Shown piece by piece: positions 1 through 9,430 of a stretch of DNA of 64,000 bases; within the stretch, counting starts at the first letter, position 1; every line of letters begins with the position of its first letter. The position numbers were made by a program, and so were the translations under genes. Location: contig CAVTHK010000001.1 of the NCBI GenBank assembly GCA_963734495.1, positions 448,001-512,000 of the forward strand, written 5' to 3'. Below the pieces are notes generated by a model, which was given only the letters and a program-made list of their open reading frames with translations, ran no database searches and was not told the origin of the DNA. The DNA is from an uncultured Spirochaetota bacterium (GTDB lineage Bacteria; Spirochaetota; Spirochaetia; SZUA-6; CAVTHK01).

Positions 1-1
1 G

Positions 2-496
2 CTTTCGCAGATCGGCGACCTGGTCTCGGCCTCGATCGCGGCTGTGCGCACGCTCGCCGTGGAGCTCAGCCCGCCGATCCTCAAGGAGGCCTCCCTGACC
101 GCCGCGCTGGGGTGGCTCGCGGACTCGTTCTGGAAGCAGCACGCCCTCAAGGTGCGCGTCGAGACCGACCCCCGGTCCGACGCTGCGGCCGAGGAGACGC
201 GCATCTTCCTGTTCCAGGCGGTCCGCGAGCTGCTGTTCAACGTGACCAAGCACGCGGCTGCCGGCACCGCGTTCGTGCGGCTGCACGTTGTCGACGGCCG
301 ACTGGAGCTGTCGGTCACCGACTCCGGGGCGGGCTTCGACCCGGCGGCGGCGGAGCAGCCGACCGGGACCGGCCTGGGGCTCTTCAGCATCCGCGAACGC
401 GCCCGGGCGCTCGGCGGGTCGCTTGCCGTCGAGGCCGCGCCGGGCCAGGGCACGCGCGTGACCTTGAGCGTGCCCGCGAGCGCAGGCGGCGCGTAG
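2..496 (+). CDS. Sensor histidine kinase, C-terminal HATPase_c (NarX/UhpB-like), 5' partial
   Basis: ELLFNVTKHA (N box), VTDSGAGFD (G1), GLGLFSIRER (G2), GQGTRVTL; frame open to the window edge. Confidence 0.9.
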   Translation, partial: LSQIGDLVSASIAAVRTLAVELSPPILKEASLTAALGWLADSFWKQHALKVRVETDPRSDAAAEETRIFLFQAVRELLFNVTKHAAAGTAFVRLHVVDGRLELSVTDSGAGFDPAAAEQPTGTGLGLFSIRERARALGGSLAVEAAPGQGTRVTLSVPASAGGA

Positions 497-520
497 GCCG
501 GACGCGGCGCCCCGATGGCG

Positions 521-1490
521 TCAGCGCGCCAGCTCCTGCGGACGCGCGGCGAGGATCTCGCTTTCGCGCTCGTAAAAGGTGCGGGCGGTCTGCTCGACCA
601 GCCGGTCCAGCATGGCCGGGTCGGGGGAGCCCCACATCTGCGGGTAGGGGTCGCCGCCGGGCCCGAGCGGCTCCGCGGTGCAGAAGCAGCGTTCGTCGTC
701 GTACCCGATCGCGTACAGCGCCATCAGCACGATGTCCAGGTCGAGCACGCCCAGACCCAGCGCCCCGCGGTGGGAGTCCGCGAGGTGGAGGTTCGTGAGC
801 GTCGAGGCCGTGCTCGAGAATGGTCGCTGCGATGTGCTCCTCGCCCGCGAGCATGTGAAAGACGTCGCCCGCGATGTGCCGGACCCCCGGGTGGCCGACC
901 GCCTCGATGAGTCGCTTCGCGTCGGCGAACGTGTGCACGAGGCTCACCTCCGCGGCCCGGATCGGCTCGATCGCGCCGCGGACTCCCGCGCGGGCAAAGT
1001 CCTCCGCGATGATCCGGATGGCGTCGGCGGCCCGGGCCTCCTCGTTGGCGTCATAGGGCTGCGGCCTGCCGACCGCGCCCGCGCCGAACAGCAGGTAGGA
1101 GCCTCCGAGCTCCGCGGCGAGCTCGATGTTGCGGCGGAAGTAGTCGATCGAGCGCTGGGTGACGTGGGGCCTGTTGCTCGAGAGCTCGCACTCGGGGCTG
1201 ACGATCCCGCAGACCCCCGATACGCGGATGCCGTGGTCCTCGAGGACGCGCCTCGTCTCGGCGGTCCGGTAGCCGAGATCGGCGCCGTAGCGATTGCCGT
1301 GCAGCTCGATGAACGGCACGCCGAAGCGCGCGAGGCGGGCCGCTGACCTGGCGAGCGGCTCCGTGCCGAAGCTCCAGTTGCTCCACGACAGCCTGAGCCT
1401 CCGCTTGCCCGTCCCGGCATCGCGCCCGCGGCGCTCGAGAAAGCGCTCGACGACCATGCGGTCCTTCACCTGGTAGCTCTGCGGTTTCAT
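521..1490 (-). CDS. Sugar phosphate isomerase/epimerase (xylose isomerase-like TIM barrel), frameshifted near 807
   Basis: AIEPIR, GDVFHM; removing one C at ~807 gives HGSTLTNLHLADSHRG continuing into the 521..748 ORF (CTAEP). Confidence 0.8.
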
Positions 1491-1497
1491 CCCGGCG

Positions 1498-1584
1498 AGT
1501 ATACGCGCCCCGCAGCCGGCGCGCCACGCGGGACCCCTCGCGAGAAGGCGCGCTTGAACGCCTGCGCCCCTCCCATTGTAGACT
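1498..1584. promoter_or_regulatory. Divergent -10 boxes (TATACT on minus strand 1498-1503, TAGACT on plus strand 1579-1584), probably leaderless promoters
   Basis: Each hexamer lies 6-7 nt from its start codon with no Shine-Dalgarno in between. Confidence 0.5.
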
Positions 1585-1590
1585 GCGCCC

Positions 1591-2493
1591 ATGAAGTACC
1601 GCAGGCTGGGCAGGACGGAGGCCCGCGTTTCGGTCGTGGGCCTGGGGACGTGGCAGTTCGGCGGCGAATGGGGCAAGGACTTCACCCAGAAGGAAGTCGA
1701 CGCGATCTTCGATGCCGCGCGCGAGACCGGGATCAACCTCATAGACACGGCCGAGTGCTACGGCGATCACCTCTCCGAGCGCTTCGTGGGCGCGGCGATC
1801 CGCCGCGATCGGGACAAGTGGTTCCTGGCGACGAAGTTCGGGCACGGGTTCGCCGGCTTCGGCGAGAGGCACCAGCTCTGGTCCGTCGACGACGTGCGCA
1901 GGCAGCTCGAGGATTCGCTCGGCGCGCTGGGCACGGACCACGTCGATCTCTACCAGTTCCACTCCGGGGACAATGCGGCCTTCGACAACGCCGCGCTGTG
2001 GAGCATGCTCCGGGAGCAGGTCGCGGCCGGAAAGATCCGGCACCTGGGCATCTCCATCACCAACCGCGAAGGTTTCCTCGCCTACCAGGCGGGCCGCGCG
2101 ACGGCGGTCGGGGCTGCGGCGCTGCAGGTCTACTACAACCGGCTCGACCGCAGGCCCGAGGCCGAGGCGTTCGCCGAGTGCCGCAAGCAGGACCTCGGCG
2201 TGCTGGCGCGCGTGCCCATGGCGAGCGGGCTGCTGAGCGGCAAGTACAAGCCCGGTGCCTCGTTTCCCGCGAACGACGTGCGCGCGGGCCGCGAGCGCGC
2301 GGAGCTCGACCGGATGCTGAACGAAGTGCAGGCCATCCAGGCCAACGAGGTCCCCAAAGGCGTGCCCATGGCCGCATGGGCGCTCGCCTGGTGCCTCAGG
2401 GATCCGGTCGTGACCGCGGTGATCCCGGGCTGCAAGGACCCCGCCCAGGTCAGGGGCAACGCGGCTGCCGCGGACCTCGCGATGGTCGTGTAG
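1591..2493 (+). CDS. Aldo/keto reductase
   Basis: GLGTWQFGG, IDTAECYG, LATKFG, DLYQFH, VIPGCK. Confidence 0.93.
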   Translation: MKYRRLGRTEARVSVVGLGTWQFGGEWGKDFTQKEVDAIFDAARETGINLIDTAECYGDHLSERFVGAAIRRDRDKWFLATKFGHGFAGFGERHQLWSVDDVRRQLEDSLGALGTDHVDLYQFHSGDNAAFDNAALWSMLREQVAAGKIRHLGISITNREGFLAYQAGRATAVGAAALQVYYNRLDRRPEAEAFAECRKQDLGVLARVPMASGLLSGKYKPGASFPANDVRAGRERAELDRMLNEVQAIQANEVPKGVPMAAWALAWCLRDPVVTAVIPGCKDPAQVRGNAAAADLAMVV

Positions 2494-2533
2494 GGCGCGG
2501 GCGCGGCGGCCGGCGGCGGGGCGCGGGGACGGG

Positions 2534-3349
2534 ATGGACATCGTCAACAGGCTCCCCGAGCCCCGCTTCGCGGAGATCGACGATTTCCTCGCGTTCGTAA
2601 GCATCTACGACGACGAGGCGCGCACGGCCGCCTACCTCAAGATGCTGCGCCGGCACGAGGGCCTGATCGCGGGGCACGTCGCGGTAGAGGCCGGCTGCGG
2701 CTTCGGCGTGATCGCCGCGGAGATGGCGCGCCTTGGCGCGCGCCGGGTCTACGCGGTCGAGTCCAACCCGTCCATGCAGGAGATCGCCGCGAAGAACCTC
2801 GCCCGGAGCCCGAACGTTTCGCTGGTCCGGTCGGACCTGCGGGACTTCCGGCCGCCCGAGCCGGTCGATCTCCTGGTGCACGACTTCTTCGGACCCCTCC
2901 TCTACGATGAAGACCTGAACCTGCTCGATGCGCTCCCGTTCGGCGCGGGCAAGATCCTCCCGGACGGCGCGCGGCTGGTCTATGGCTGTGCCCGCTCGGC
3001 CGAGCTCTGCGACGACGTGGTGACGCCGTCGGTCCTCGCGCGACTCGAGGGCGTGCTCGTGAGCGGCCTCTTCGACGACGAGCCCGAGTACGACCTGCCG
3101 CTCACCGCAGCCGAGTGGACGGCCGGCCGCGGCCTCGCGGTCCCCGGCGGCGACGTCTCGGCGTTTGCGCCCGACCGTGACGTGCTCGTCTTCGGACTGG
3201 AGATCTACGACGGCGACCGGCGGATCGCGCGCAGCGGCCATTCATCCAACTGGTCGTACGTGTTCACGCCGCGGGCGGGCGATCGCTTCCGCCTCCGCTT
3301 CGAGCACAACGGCCGCTTCATGGAGGCCGTCTTCGACTGGGTGCGCTAG
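2534..3349 (+). CDS. Class I SAM-dependent methyltransferase, PRMT-like
   Basis: DEARTAAY, VEAGCGFG, RVYAVE, VDLLVHDFFGPLLYDE. Confidence 0.8.
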   Translation: MDIVNRLPEPRFAEIDDFLAFVSIYDDEARTAAYLKMLRRHEGLIAGHVAVEAGCGFGVIAAEMARLGARRVYAVESNPSMQEIAAKNLARSPNVSLVRSDLRDFRPPEPVDLLVHDFFGPLLYDEDLNLLDALPFGAGKILPDGARLVYGCARSAELCDDVVTPSVLARLEGVLVSGLFDDEPEYDLPLTAAEWTAGRGLAVPGGDVSAFAPDRDVLVFGLEIYDGDRRIARSGHSSNWSYVFTPRAGDRFRLRFEHNGRFMEAVFDWVR

Positions 3350-3382
3350 TCGCGGGCCGACCCATCACCGGTCAACGCGACG

Positions 3383-4420
3383 TCAGGGCGGCGTGCGGCT
3401 CGCGTCGCGGCCGTCCTCCCCGGCTTTGAGCGAGCAAGCGTGGATCTCTTCGACCATTGCCCGGACGTTCTGCGGGTTGGCAAACGCCGGGATGCTGTTG
3501 CCCGATGCGGGGATGTACCGGTCGTTGTGATTCATCCAGCGGAACATGTCGCGGACAAAAGCCCGAACCTGCCCGGGCGATCCCTGGGCGAGGAGGTTGA
3601 CATCGACGTTTCCGATGAGGGTCAGGTACGGAAAGATCTGCTGTGTGCGCTCGATGTCCATGCACCCGTGCTCGATCGGGTTGAGCGCGTCCATCCCGAG
3701 GCCGGCCAGCTCGTCCAGGACGCTCATCAGGTTGCCGTCGCTGTGGAAGATCCACGGGAGCCTGATTTCGCGGGCGACCGTGCGCGCGAACGGGAGCACC
3801 ACGGAACGGAGTATCTCCGGAGAGTACACTGGCCCGGTCTTGAAAGCGAAGTCGTCAAAGCACCAGATGAAGTCGATGCCCATGGACTGCACTTCCCGCA
3901 GCACGGCGCAGGTCCACTCCGTGTACCGCTGCAGGATGGTCTCGAGGAGCCGGTGATTCTCCGCGCAGGCGATCGCGAAGGCCATCAGGTCCATGGTCTG
4001 CCATATGTGGCCTATCCCGGTGGAAATGCTGGCGCTGAGGGCGTAGTCGCCTTTGAGGTCGACCAGGCGTTTGAGCTCGTCCCAGTGCCCGGCCGTGAGC
4101 TCCACGAACCGAAGCTGGTCCAGGCTGCGCTCGTCTGTAAGGAGCCCCGCCCGCGTGAGGGGATCGCGGATGCGCGGGGCCATTGTGTAGTGGTACGGGA
4201 TCTCGAGGTTGCATCGCCCCGTTCGATCGTTGACTGCCTTGTCGAGCTCCAGCTTCGCCATGTGGCGTTCCAGGGGAGATCCGCCTGCCGGAACCGACAG
4301 GTCCAGGCTGAGATCAAACGCTCTCGCAAGGACGCCCGGATCACCGCCGTGCTCGATCCAGGGCAGCAGGGGGACGGGCCTGCCCTTCAGGGCGTTCACG
4401 ACACGATCGCGAGGGGTCAT
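3383..4420 (-). CDS. Uroporphyrinogen decarboxylase-family (UroD/MtaA-like) protein
   Basis: MTPRDRV start, CFDDFA, IFHSDGN, ALNPIE, LIGNVD, YIPASGNSIP. Confidence 0.85.
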   Translation of the reverse strand: MTPRDRVVNALKGRPVPLLPWIEHGGDPGVLARAFDLSLDLSVPAGGSPLERHMAKLELDKAVNDRTGRCNLEIPYHYTMAPRIRDPLTRAGLLTDERSLDQLRFVELTAGHWDELKRLVDLKGDYALSASISTGIGHIWQTMDLMAFAIACAENHRLLETILQRYTEWTCAVLREVQSMGIDFIWCFDDFAFKTGPVYSPEILRSVVLPFARTVAREIRLPWIFHSDGNLMSVLDELAGLGMDALNPIEHGCMDIERTQQIFPYLTLIGNVDVNLLAQGSPGQVRAFVRDMFRWMNHNDRYIPASGNSIPAFANPQNVRAMVEEIHACSLKAGEDGRDASRTPP

Positions 4421-4546
4421 CGCCCCTCGGTTTGCCAGACCCTGCGTGATTGGTCAACCGCCGGGGCCGGGCGGGGCCGGCGGGGCCGGCGGCGACGCTC
4501 GCGACGCCCCGTTGCGCGCAGCCGGAGGCCGGAGTAAGCTGCCGAC

Positions 4547-5515
4547 GTGATCGCGTCGATGACGAGGGCCGCCGGTCCCTCCCGGGGCGCGCCGCGCGTG
4601 CGGGCGCAGACTGCAGGCGAGTTCCGCAAGTACGTCAAGTACAAGGGCCTGGTGTTCCTCTTTCTGCCCGGCATCATCTACTACCTGGTATTCCACTACG
4701 CGCCGATGTACGGGGTGATCATCGCGTTCAAGGACTACAAGTTCAGCCTGGGCATCCTCGGCAGCCACTGGGTGGGGTGGGAGCACTTCGACAGGATGTT
4801 CCGCACCGAAAGCTTCCTGTTCGCCTTGAGAAACACCTTCCTGATCAGCATGTACAAGCTGGTCTTCGGCTTCCCCGCGCCGATCGTGCTGGCCCTTCTT
4901 CTGAACGAGGTGGTCCACGAGCGCTTCAAGAAGACCATCCAGACCATCAGTTACCTGCCGCACTTCGTCTCCTGGGTGATCCTCGCCGGTCTGTTCACGC
5001 AGATCCTCTCCCCCTCGCAGGGCATCGTCAACTTCGCCATCAGGCAGCTCGGCGGAAAGCCGGTCTATTTCCTGGCGGATCCCAGGTGGTTTCGCTCGGT
5101 GCTGGTCGCCACGTCGATCTTCCAGCAGATAGGCTGGGGCAGCATCATCTACATAGCGACGCTGGCCGGGGTGAACCCCGAGTACTACGAGGCCGCGCGG
5201 ATGGACGGCGCCAACAGGTGGCAGCAGGCAATCCACGTGACCCTGCCCGCGCTCACGCCGGTGATCACCATCATGCTGATCCTTGCCATCGGCCGCCTGG
5301 TGAACGACGAGTTCGACCAGATCTTCAACCTGTACAACCCGGCCGTCTACAGCGTCGGGGACGTGATTCAGACCTACACCTATCGCGCGGGTCTCGTGGA
5401 CATGAACTACTCCTACGCAGCGGCCGTCGGCTTGTTCAAGAACCTGTTTGCTCTCGTCCTGATAGTGGGAGCGAACGGGGTGACCAAGAGGATCAATGAG
5501 TACGGCATCTGGTGA
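4547..5515 (+). CDS. Carbohydrate ABC permease (LplB-like)
   Basis: PMYGVIIAFKDY, SYLPHFVSWV, EAA loop YEAARMDGANRWQ; start could be ATG 4559. Confidence 0.92.
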   Translation: MIASMTRAAGPSRGAPRVRAQTAGEFRKYVKYKGLVFLFLPGIIYYLVFHYAPMYGVIIAFKDYKFSLGILGSHWVGWEHFDRMFRTESFLFALRNTFLISMYKLVFGFPAPIVLALLLNEVVHERFKKTIQTISYLPHFVSWVILAGLFTQILSPSQGIVNFAIRQLGGKPVYFLADPRWFRSVLVATSIFQQIGWGSIIYIATLAGVNPEYYEAARMDGANRWQQAIHVTLPALTPVITIMLILAIGRLVNDEFDQIFNLYNPAVYSVGDVIQTYTYRAGLVDMNYSYAAAVGLFKNLFALVLIVGANGVTKRINEYGIW

Positions 5516-6443
5516 GCGCGGGCGCGTCCCGCGGTCCGGCCCGCTCCCGCGCCGGCGCGGCATCCGGCAGCACCCGCTTGCGCGCCTTTTCGACGCGGCC
5601 AACACCACGCTCCTGCTTCTGCTGGCGGTAGCGACCCTCTATCCGTTCCTGAACATATTGTCGCTTTCACTGACTTCCGAAAGCGTGGTCAGCTCCGGGA
5701 TGGGCAACCTCAACCTGATACCCGAGAAGCTCTCGGTCAAAGCGTACGGCAAGGTCCTGAACTCCGAGTACATAGTTGCGGGATTCGAGAACACCCTGCT
5801 CAGGACGGTCGTCGGAACGGCGGCCACGGTGGCCGTCACGCTGTTCCTGGCCTATCCGTTGTCCAAGAGGTACTTCCCCCATCGGACTTTCTGGACGATG
5901 CTGATCGTGTTCACCATGTTCTTTCAGGGCGGATTGATCCCGGTCTACCTCCTCGTGAGGCGGCTCGGTCTCATCAACAACATCCTGTCGCTGATCCTCC
6001 CCGACCTCGTGCGGACCTTCAACCTGATAGTCGTCCGGAACTATCTCATGACCATTCCCGAAGACCTGGAAGAGTCGGCGCGGCTGGACGGGGCCGGAGA
6101 CCTCAGGATCCTCTTTGCCATCGTCATCCCCGTGTCGGTGCCGATCATCGCGACCCTCACACTCTGGACAGTGGTCGGGCACTGGAACGCCTGGTTCGAC
6201 AGCCTGATCTACACCACCAAGACCAGGCTGCTGGTTCTCCAGGTGGTGCTCCGCCGCATCGTGCTCGAGGGCACGCAGCAGATCGTGAGCACGGACATTG
6301 CGCGAGACGATCGGTATGCCACCAAACCCGAGGTAGTCCGGGCGGCATCGATCGTCGTGACGACGCTGCCGATCGTCATGGTGTATCCGTTCGTGCAGAA
6401 ATATTTCATCAAGGGCATCATGATCGGCTCCTTGAAGGGGTGA
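5496..6443 (+). CDS. Carbohydrate ABC permease (LplC-like)
   Basis: TMFFQGGLIP, LEESARLDGA, HWNAWFD, YPFVQKYFIKG. Confidence 0.92.
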   Translation: MSTASGERGRVPRSGPLPRRRGIRQHPLARLFDAANTTLLLLLAVATLYPFLNILSLSLTSESVVSSGMGNLNLIPEKLSVKAYGKVLNSEYIVAGFENTLLRTVVGTAATVAVTLFLAYPLSKRYFPHRTFWTMLIVFTMFFQGGLIPVYLLVRRLGLINNILSLILPDLVRTFNLIVVRNYLMTIPEDLEESARLDGAGDLRILFAIVIPVSVPIIATLTLWTVVGHWNAWFDSLIYTTKTRLLVLQVVLRRIVLEGTQQIVSTDIARDDRYATKPEVVRAASIVVTTLPIVMVYPFVQKYFIKGIMIGSLKG

Positions 6444-6575
6444 GGTTCTGACGGATCGTCGCCGCGGACCGCGACCGGCCCGCGACGCGTGAAAGGAGGT
6501 ACGGGCGCCCCGCGGCGCGCGGGTGCGCGACACGTGAGAGCAGGTTCGCAGGCGATCGTAAGGAGGATCGAGGCT

Positions 6576-8207
6576 ATGGTCAGGAGAGCATTAGTCGTGA
6601 TTGCGGGGCTCGCCGCCGCGCTGCTGCTGTGCGCGCCGGTCTTTGCGGCAGGCGCAAAAGAGGCGGAGCAGGCAGCGGGCGCCGCGGGCAAGTCGGGCGT
6701 GGAGAAGTACTTCCCCGTGCAGGGCAAGAAGTACACCATCAACTGGGTCAGCGGCGCTTCGGCCCCGGTCGACGAGGACGCGCTGATGGTCAAGTACTGG
6801 AACGACGCGTTCAACGTCGACATCAAGATCATCAACATCGAGACCAACAAGTACGTGGAGCTCATCAACCTGCGGTTTGCAGCCGGCGACATACCGGACC
6901 GGTTCCTGATCTCCCCGATGAGCAACCTCATCAAGTGGAAGGAGCAGGACATCCTGGCCGAGGTTCCTCGCGAAGCCATCGAGAAGATCGCGCCCAAGCT
7001 CTATCAGAGGCTCCTGCAGACCAGCAAGAGTTACTTCGATTACTGCTCGGTGGGCGGCAAGATATACGGCTTTCGCCAGCTGCGGGCGCCCAACGACTTT
7101 CGCAGCGTCGCCCTCTGGCGGCGAGACTGGCTGAAGAACGTCGGTATCAACAAGATCCCGGAGACCCTCGATGAGGCCGAGGCGGCCCTCTACAAGTTCG
7201 CGAAGGAAGATCCCGACCGCAACGGCAAGGCCGACACCTACGGCCTCTCGGGCGACGGGATCTACGCGATCTTCGGCGCCTACGGCATATACCCCGGCGG
7301 CGAGCGGGGACAGGACGACAACGGCTTCTGGGTCAAGCGCGACGGCAAGCTGGTCAACAGCGTCGTGCGCCCCGAGATGAAGCTCGCCCTCGAGAAGCTG
7401 GCAAAGTACTACAAGGACGGCGTGCTCGACCCCGAGTTCATCACGGGAGAGAACACCGGCGGCTACTGGGGTGTCTCCCACGCATTCATCAAGGGACGCA
7501 TCGGAATGACCAACCGCGGCACCTGGTACCACTGGGAGCCCGCCCAGTACGAGGGCGCCTACCAGGGCATGAACTACACGGAGCTCAGCAAGATCTACGG
7601 CCCGAAGACCGAGAGCGACATACTCGGCTACGGCGGACCGCTCAAGATGGCGGGCTACGAGTCGGGGCTCCCGCAGGGCGGCTTCTACACCGCCGCGTTC
7701 GGCTTCGGTAAACCGCTGGAAAAGGCGCCCGACCGGATGGGCAAGATGCTCACCATGATCGAAGCCTTCACCATGGACCTCGACACCTACACCAAAATCC
7801 AGTTCGGGAAGGAAGGCGTGAGCTACCAGATGGTTCAGGGCAGGCCTGTGCGCATCGGCGAGTACAAGGACATCGCCTCCCTGTGCAAAATCGGTGCGCA
7901 GGAGACGTTCACGACCATCAACCTGCCCGAGATGTGGTGGGCGACGGTGAGCTGGGGCGAAGACACCTGGGCAAAGAGGTACGGGTTCGAGAAGGGCGGG
8001 CTCAAGGACGAGCTCGTCATGGCGCTCCCCGAAGTCGCCAAGTACAGCGCGGACCTCAACAAGATGAAGTCGGAGATGGTCGTGCAGATCATCACGGGAG
8101 CCAAGCCGCTCAGCACTTTCGACGATTTCGCGAAGAAGTGGTACGGCAGCGGCGGCCAGGAGATGGAGAAGGCTGTCAACGCCTGGTACTCCTCTCTGGC
8201 GAAGTAG
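6576..8207 (+). CDS. Extracellular solute-binding protein (LplA-like)
   Basis: AGGAGG at 6561, signal peptide ending FAAGAKE, RRDWLKNVG, PETLDE, DPDRNGKADTYG. Confidence 0.9.
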   Translation: MVRRALVVIAGLAAALLLCAPVFAAGAKEAEQAAGAAGKSGVEKYFPVQGKKYTINWVSGASAPVDEDALMVKYWNDAFNVDIKIINIETNKYVELINLRFAAGDIPDRFLISPMSNLIKWKEQDILAEVPREAIEKIAPKLYQRLLQTSKSYFDYCSVGGKIYGFRQLRAPNDFRSVALWRRDWLKNVGINKIPETLDEAEAALYKFAKEDPDRNGKADTYGLSGDGIYAIFGAYGIYPGGERGQDDNGFWVKRDGKLVNSVVRPEMKLALEKLAKYYKDGVLDPEFITGENTGGYWGVSHAFIKGRIGMTNRGTWYHWEPAQYEGAYQGMNYTELSKIYGPKTESDILGYGGPLKMAGYESGLPQGGFYTAAFGFGKPLEKAPDRMGKMLTMIEAFTMDLDTYTKIQFGKEGVSYQMVQGRPVRIGEYKDIASLCKIGAQETFTTINLPEMWWATVSWGEDTWAKRYGFEKGGLKDELVMALPEVAKYSADLNKMKSEMVVQIITGAKPLSTFDDFAKKWYGSGGQEMEKAVNAWYSSLAK

Positions 8208-8214
8208 CGTCGGA

Positions 8215-8244
8215 AGGCCGGAGGCGGGGAGCCGCCTCCGGCCT
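8215..8244 (+). terminator. 13-bp stem-loop after the SBP gene (terminator or mRNA stabiliser)
   Basis: AGGCCGGAGGCGG-ggag-CCGCCTCCGGCCT perfect inverted repeat, no poly-U tail. Confidence 0.55.
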
Positions 8245-8253
8245 CGATTCCAG

Positions 8254-9426
8254 GTGAACATACAGATGCATGACCCCCACGCGTACGAGAGCGACGAGAT
8301 ATTCCGGTTCCTCATCAGGCGGATCAAGTCGCCGACAGCCGACAGGTCCTTCCTCGCGGAGCGATTCACAGACGCGGGGCGGTGGAGCCGCGAGACGCGC
8401 GAGTGGGTGCGCGGCCTGCTGAGCTACTCCCCGGGGGCGGTCCCCCTCGCGCCCACGGTGGCCGAAGAGGTGGATTTCGGCTCCTACGTGCGCAGGAAGC
8501 TCTACTTCTCCAGCGCGCAGGAGGTCAGGGTTCCGGCGTACCTGCTGATGCCCAAGGGTCTGAAAGGCCCGGCGCCCGCGGTCGTGGCGCTGCACGATCA
8601 CAGCGGGAAGTTCTACTGGGGCAAGGACAAGCTCGTCGATCACAAGGAGAGGCCCGCCGGAGTCGACTGGCTGCAGCTCTGGCGTTACGGGAACAGGGGC
8701 TTCGCGTCCGCCCTCGCTTCGCGCGGCTACGTGGTGATCGTGATCGACGCCCTGAGGTTCGGCGAGCGCGGGTGGTACCGGGAGTCCTGGCTGCGCGATG
8801 GCGCCGAGGCTCTCCAGGGGCTGCGGGAGGGCAGCATCGAGTACATCGACGCGTACGACGCGGTCTGGCGGAGAAACGACGACAAGATGTCGCTTGCGAT
8901 GCTGCATGCGGGCATGACACAGATGGGGGTCATGGTCTGGGACGACATTCGCAGCGTGGACCTCCTGTGCACCCTGGCCGAAGTCGATCGCGAACGCATC
9001 ACCTGCATGGGCCTCTCGCTCGGAGGCTATCGAGCCGCGTGGTTGGGCGCGATGGACGAGCGGATCAGGTGCTGCTGCTCCATCGGGTACATCCTGAGGC
9101 TGCAGGACCAGGTTCCGGACGCGCAGCCCAACCTCTGGGCCGCGGTGCCGGGACTCTACGATCACCTCCCTTATCCGGACCTGATCTCTCTCACCGTGCC
9201 GCGGGATCTGCTGATCCTCTACGGCCAGAACGACAAGATATTTCCGATGAGCTCCGCGGAGGCGGCGGTCGATACGATTCGCAAGGTGTACGCGAAGGCA
9301 GGGGCCGAATCGAGATTCGCGAGCCGCGCGTTCGCCGTGGGACACCAGTTCGACCTCGAGATGCAGGAGTTCGCCTTTGCCTGGCTCGACAACTGCCTCG
9401 GACGGAGCCAACAGGGGAGAGCCTGA
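8254..9426 (+). CDS. Alpha/beta hydrolase (dienelactone hydrolase-like)
   Basis: VVALHDHSG, FGER, nucleophile elbow GLSLGG, C-terminal D and GHQF. Confidence 0.85.
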   Translation: MNIQMHDPHAYESDEIFRFLIRRIKSPTADRSFLAERFTDAGRWSRETREWVRGLLSYSPGAVPLAPTVAEEVDFGSYVRRKLYFSSAQEVRVPAYLLMPKGLKGPAPAVVALHDHSGKFYWGKDKLVDHKERPAGVDWLQLWRYGNRGFASALASRGYVVIVIDALRFGERGWYRESWLRDGAEALQGLREGSIEYIDAYDAVWRRNDDKMSLAMLHAGMTQMGVMVWDDIRSVDLLCTLAEVDRERITCMGLSLGGYRAAWLGAMDERIRCCCSIGYILRLQDQVPDAQPNLWAAVPGLYDHLPYPDLISLTVPRDLLILYGQNDKIFPMSSAEAAVDTIRKVYAKAGAESRFASRAFAVGHQFDLEMQEFAFAWLDNCLGRSQQGRA

Positions 9427-9430
9427 GGAC

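Noticed and set aside
3383-4420. Second hemE or a corrinoid methyltransferase system
   Set aside because: Lacks RQAGR and the HxC...C Zn ligands; no corrinoid protein nearby
4460-4492. G-quadruplex-like G tracts (also 2494-2533)
   Set aside because: Expected by chance at this GC content; no independent support
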